Shown: piece by piece, positions 62,352 to 64,000 of the stretch | How the letters are laid out: the number at the start of each line of letters is the position of its first letter | How positions within the stretch are numbered: the first letter of the stretch is position 1 | IMG/VR virus record: IMGVR_UViG_3300023179_000011 | Coordinates: 32,001 to 96,000 of that record | Strand: one strand, 5' to 3' | DNA length: 64,000 bases | Origin: a virus | The notes under the pieces: generated by a model | The model's database searches: none | Seen by the model: only the letters and a program-made list of their open reading frames with translations | Told to the model about the DNA's origin: nothing | Position numbers and translations under genes: made by a program

Positions 62352-64000
62352 TCATGTTGCGCTGTAAATAATTCCGGTGACGCGCAATACGCCAATCTCT
62401 CCATAAACGCTGTCTTCAACGCGACCAATTGTGACTAATACTGTATCGCCTTCTTCCACGGCAAAAGAATCGCTTTCACGTTGAATGACGTGGTCGATGT
62501 ATAAGCTTGCCGCGGAGTTGAACGTCAGCGCTGTATCTGTGGTTGGTAATTCTTGTCCGCCCGCGATTCCGACTGGCGGCGCCGGCAATACACGACGCGT
62601 CATGTATAGCGACGGCATAATCTTTGCCTGCGTGGGCGTTCCGTCGCGTCCAAATAACTGGACGCTTATTTTCATTTGCAGATTGTCGCCTAGATTGCTG
62701 CCGGGCACGTTAAACCGTAGCCGCAGTAAAGACGCCTGTCCGCCCGGAAAACCTAAATACGGAATGTCCATATACAGGCGTTCGACGGTATCGCTTAGTC
62801 TGATGATCTGCGGCGAAAGCTCGCGCTCGACAAGCTGATCAGTGTAATCGATTTTTAGAACACCTTGATGCAGCGTAATTGGCTCTGTTGTTTGAATATC
62901 AAAAGCGTCTTTTTCTGCTTGCGTGAGCGTTCGCGGTGTTTCACGAGAACCAGTTATCGAGATTTGATTCGACAGCGTGAAAGCGCCTTCGGTAATCCAG
63001 CCGCGAGTAAGTTGGTGGCGGTTAATGACGCCTTTCAGCGCACGCCCGCCAATCGCTTCGGAAGCTGCGATTTGTAAGTCGAGATTTAATTGCAGGTCGC
63101 CGGTAGATGCCGCGTCATCCGCGCAGTTCGTAACGGCGATAGGGCTGGTGACGGTTGCAGCCGTTGGTGTGGGTTGCGTTTCTTCTTGTGTGCCGTCAAC
63201 ATCTTTGACTATGCTCGTCACTACGCTGCGGTCGTTTCCAGAGAGCATTCGCAAATAAACGACCGATACGCGCATGGTCTCGTAGCGCGGGCATTCGGCC
63301 GTGCCGGATGGGTGTGTTGTAGGTTCCGTAAATGGAACGTCACCTACGCAGTCGCTCATCCACCAAATGCCGTTCGTGTCACAAATAGCTAAGCCATTCG
63401 GACCTAGTGGAATTTCTGTGGCCCCTACGTGGTCCAAACCCTTATCCCACAACATCGCGACAGACTGGATCGGCAAGGGAGGCCATACGTTTGATAGCGC
63501 CGGATGTTTGCTGAGGTTGTAACCAAACACAGCGCCATTAGGTGCTTTACCGTTAAACACTGCGTGATCTGCCGGCAACCATCCAGCGTCGTTTTGCGTG
63601 GCTGCCTGCTCTGTAATTAAATCAAAACGATAGTGCGTGTGATCATCAATAAAGTCGCGGATGTGGGGCATAACCACAACGCGCGGGATTGTTGTGCAGC
63701 TGTCTTTTGGCCCCTGCACATGACACACACTCACAGTCACAGCCGGCCGTTGTTTTACGAGCTTTCCCGCTTCAGACGCGGACAAGTAATATCGCCCCGG
63801 AGTTATTGGGCCGACGATTGCGTTTGCCAGATCCGGGATATCGACGATCCCGCGAAGAACGATGTCGCCAAGCGTCTCTGACCGTTTTTTTAAGCAAATG
63901 CCGACACAGTCAGATGACGGTTGTACAACAAGCGTTTGTGTATTCGCGTCTGGCTCTACGGCTGCCAGCGCGGGTTCGTATCGTTTCTCAACCCAGTTCC
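62352..64000 (-). CDS. Putative structural protein, 5'-truncated by the window edge
   Basis: Frame stays open upstream of 63785 to the window end (...IVGPITPGRYYLSASEAGKL...). The GRYYLS...G.L pattern is seen in phage capsid cement-like proteins. Confidence 0.6.
   Translation of the reverse strand, partial: NWVEKRYEPALAAVEPDANTQTLVVQPSSDCVGICLKKRSETLGDIVLRGIVDIPDLANAIVGPITPGRYYLSASEAGKLVKQRPAVTVSVCHVQGPKDSCTTIPRVVVMPHIRDFIDDHTHYRFDLITEQAATQNDAGWLPADHAVFNGKAPNGAVFGYNLSKHPALSNVWPPLPIQSVAMLWDKGLDHVGATEIPLGPNGLAICDTNGIWWMSDCVGDVPFTEPTTHPSGTAECPRYETMRVSVVYLRMLSGNDRSVVTSIVKDVDGTQEETQPTPTAATVTSPIAVTNCADDAASTGDLQLNLDLQIAASEAIGGRALKGVINRHQLTRGWITEGAFTLSNQISITGSRETPRTLTQAEKDAFDIQTTEPITLHQGVLKIDYTDQLVERELSPQIIRLSDTVERLYMDIPYLGFPGGQASLLRLRFNVPGSNLGDNLQMKISVQLFGRDGTPTQAKIMPSLYMTRRVLPAPPVGIAGGQELPTTDTALTFNSAASLYIDHVIQRESDSFAVEEGDTVLVTIGRVEDSVYGEIGVLRVTGIIYSAT

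Noticed and set aside
1-64000. CRISPR array, TIGR array or (GGY-NN)n guide tract
   Set aside because: Manual inspection of all intergenic gaps found no periodic repeat-spacer structure. A single CCA-N9-TG near 6590 is within chance. A computational scan could still find a weak array.

Overview
A 64-kb internal slice of a large tailed dsDNA bacteriophage genome. It is densely coded in the standard genetic code and almost entirely on the minus strand; only the terminase and two other genes lie on plus. Several genes suggest a Planctomycetota host (inference from remembered families): a CsrA-like regulator, a Cys-rich signal-peptide protein, an AAA/DUF1257/DUF2997 cluster and a SET-domain protein. 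Left to right: (1) a replication/recombination operon with an SF2 helicase carrying an Ala-start intein (cut by the window edge), a small RAMP/Cas7-like protein, an IS110/Nop-domain-like protein, Rad50/SbcC and Mre11/SbcD; (2) tRNA-Gln, an HTH + deoxyhypusine-synthase-like fusion and a catalytically degenerate rolling-circle Rep; (3) about 20 kb of small accessory genes; (4) an AAA ATPase split inside Walker B by an 809-nt group I intron encoding an HNH endonuclease; (5) a dATP/dGTP diphosphohydrolase, terminase large subunit, tRNA-Thr followed by a ~204-nt tRNA-shaped ncRNA, a primase-like protein, CsrA and SET; (6) a virion module with collagen fibres, a novel-looking 60-aa four-Cys repeat and five paralogous structural genes. 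The best candidate for an undescribed system is the adjacent RAMP-like + Nop/IS110-like pair inside the helicase-Mre11-Rad50 operon, with tRNA-linked structured RNAs as possible partners. No CRISPR, TIGR or GGY-NN array was found. All family assignments come from motif recognition by eye; no database search or folding program was run.
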